From the NCBI GenBank assembly GCA_964035545.1, contig CAXIUT010000204.1, forward strand, positions 1 to 25,142: a stretch of DNA of 25,142 bases. The letters are read 5' to 3'. Position numbers and translations under genes: made by a program. Shown in pieces: positions 23,201 to 25,142 of this stretch. How positions within the stretch are numbered: position 1 is the first letter of the stretch; the number at the start of each line of letters is the position of its first letter. The notes beneath the pieces are model-generated. The model was not told the DNA's origin. It saw nothing but the letters and a program-made list of their open reading frames with translations, and did no database searches. Origin of the DNA: Bugula neritina (Eukaryota > Animalia > Bryozoa).

Positions 23201-25006
23201 AGACTTATTGATGCTATTTTTGTTATTATACTGCTTGTGTTGTTGCTGTTGGAATTGATAACTGCTGGGAAATTCTAGCATCTCAATTATCAGTATTACT
23301 GGGTGGTGAGAAATCAAAAAATATCGTTTTTGTTGGATTGTCAGTATAATTTGCAACATATACAACCTGGTAATAGAGATATGATTGCTTTCCACATGGC
23401 CTCACTGACCTAAGATCTTCTATAAACTATGAGTGAAGTCAGTTTCCAGCAACTGCTTTTCGATTCATCTCTTAATCAAAAGAAGCTGATCCATCCTTAT
23501 TTCATAGATCCCTATCCTGATCCCATACTCTAGAATATAAGCAATCCTATCTTGGGTCAGGTATCTTGTTTCAGAAAGATCCGCTAGACAGCTATAAATT
23601 TGAATTACTATACCAAAATAGACAACACCAACAACTTATAAGTAAAATAATACCATATATTCAATAATTATCTCTACGTGATCTACTAAAATTCTCAAAC
23701 AATGAAAATCTAGTTGAATAAATATTACACTCGTTTATCTGACTCAATCAAAAACATGAACCTTAGTTTAGGATTGACCTTAATCGCATTAATAGTTATA
23801 TGTTTTATATTTATTTTGACTAGATTGTTGAAAGTTACTTATGGATTTAGTTAGTTGTTGTCTATTTTTATACAAATGGACAACATGGATGTTAAAAAGA
23901 TATTGAAGTATACTGATTATACGCGTCTGCTCTTTCTTCATCTCAAACATAAATACTAGAAGATGTCGGAGAGTGGCTAGGCGGCGGGTTCGTCGACTTA
24001 TCTCAACTAGATAGAGAAACCGAGTGCGGATCTGGGTGAGGAGTTGCAGATGAGTAATAATGTCAATTTGAATAAAAAACTTAAAAAAATCGATCTGGGG
24101 TAATAAATTTCTCATATAAAATTCAAATCTATCTGCATTACGGTTGTCTACTTGCTGTTGGCGGGTTTTGTGCTGTCTGTGCCGATTGTTTACTCGAGGG
24201 CTAGTTTGAGTTAGTTGGATCAGTTGGAGAAGATAGGGTTCTAGGTGATGGAGAATACTACTTTGGGAAATGCTGTTGCCAATGGCATTTTCTAGAAATA
24301 TAGAAATGCTTCGATATATCGATATTAGAAATATTAGTGGATGATGACTGCTATATCATAGTTTATTAAGAGTCTAAAACCACTATAGTTGGCAAGTACA
24401 TAAAATAGTATAGGCTAGTTTTTCCAAACATTATATTATTAAGATTTCTGCGCAAAAAGACCAGAAATAATCGGCGACTATCTCTAGCAAGAATTCGCTA
24501 CTGTATGTAACGGAATAACCCTAAATAGCACACTCTGTTCTTCTCTTCGTTTAACTCTAACAAAAGCGTATCTTTTAGATCGTTGCAAAACAGTTCAAAG
24601 TTAGAAGCTAACAAAAGGCGCTATAAGTTATTTCATCTATATGTTGGACAGGTATGACTTGTTTTTCCAAGAGAAGTTATCGATGACTGAAGAGGATGTG
24701 GTTGAGGTCAATGAGATCAATTTGATATTGAATATTTATGAGATGTATATGTTGTCTTTGTGGAGGGAGAGGTCGTCTGGTTTGGCTGGGGTGAGGGCGA
24801 CTGTGATGATCGTGGTGACTGTTGGGGCTGTTTTGTTGGTGTTGGTTTTGCATGTGATATTTATTTAGTTTTGGCTGGCGGGGGTGCTGAATGGAAGTTA
24901 TTAGTTGTTTAGGAGGATGTATTAGAATTTGATTCCTGAGTTTATTATCAATAAATAAAAAATTATCAAAGCGAAACTCATCAAAGAAGGATTCATGAAA
25001 TAGTGA
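20276..25006 (+). CDS. Large multi-pass membrane protein with PAS domain (TmcB/tiny-macrocyst-like ciliate family), 1576 aa, intronless
   Basis: 1577 codons with no internal TGA. N-terminal cluster of hydrophobic helices, GILHTHLIRGCSNGRC motif, PAS-like NVSNYFRKNFDFEEREVINTSLDVLMPESIRLFHHRMF, and four further hydrophobic segments in the C-terminal half. The family assignment is from recalled architecture, not a search. Confidence 0.85.
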
Positions 25007-25073
25007 TAGCTATTATGTTATATTGCTATTCTTATTATTTTACTCTCATGAATTTGTTTATTTGATTATTAAA

Positions 25074-25142
25074 GGGGTTGGGGTTGGGGTTGGGGTTGGG
25101 GTTGGGGTTGGGGTTGGGGTTGGGGTTGGGGTTGGGGTTGGG
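25074..25142 (+). repeat. Right telomere, (GGGGTT)n, 69 bp
   Basis: Perfect G4T2 repeats to the window end. Starts after AAA and ends TTGGG. Confidence 0.98.

Overview
AT-rich eukaryotic DNA from a ciliate macronucleus, most likely a peritrich (Oligohymenophorea). It has (C4A2)n at the left end and (G4T2)n at the right end. Conserved proteins read through both TAA and TAG at Glu positions and end only at TGA (NCBI table 30, peritrich nuclear code), so the supplied standard-code ORF track is largely misleading. Under that code the window is almost wall-to-wall genes with 20-23 nt introns: a PB1/repeat protein, a TLDc protein, an Aurora-like kinase, Ubc4/UBE2D, CCT-alpha, histone H4, ADA2, a 1576-aa PAS/TmcB-like membrane protein, several hypothetical proteins, and tRNA-Leu(AAG). 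The main structural oddity is three internal (G4T2)n tracts, all in the same polarity. They split the window into a complete 15.2-kb telomere-to-telomere chromosome, a 778-bp H4-only piece, a 144-bp gene-less piece and an 8.8-kb piece that starts mid-gene. Every G-tract begins A|GGGG and ends TTGGG, so they look like finished chromosome ends joined to non-telomeric DNA, either as a library/amplification chimera or a real end-joining process. Also seen: abrupt alternating G-rich and C-rich synonymous-codon blocks inside genes, GTAC-dominated tiny introns, and a cluster of +1 homopolymer insertions in the first 3.4 kb that are probably sequencing error. All translations and counts were done by hand.
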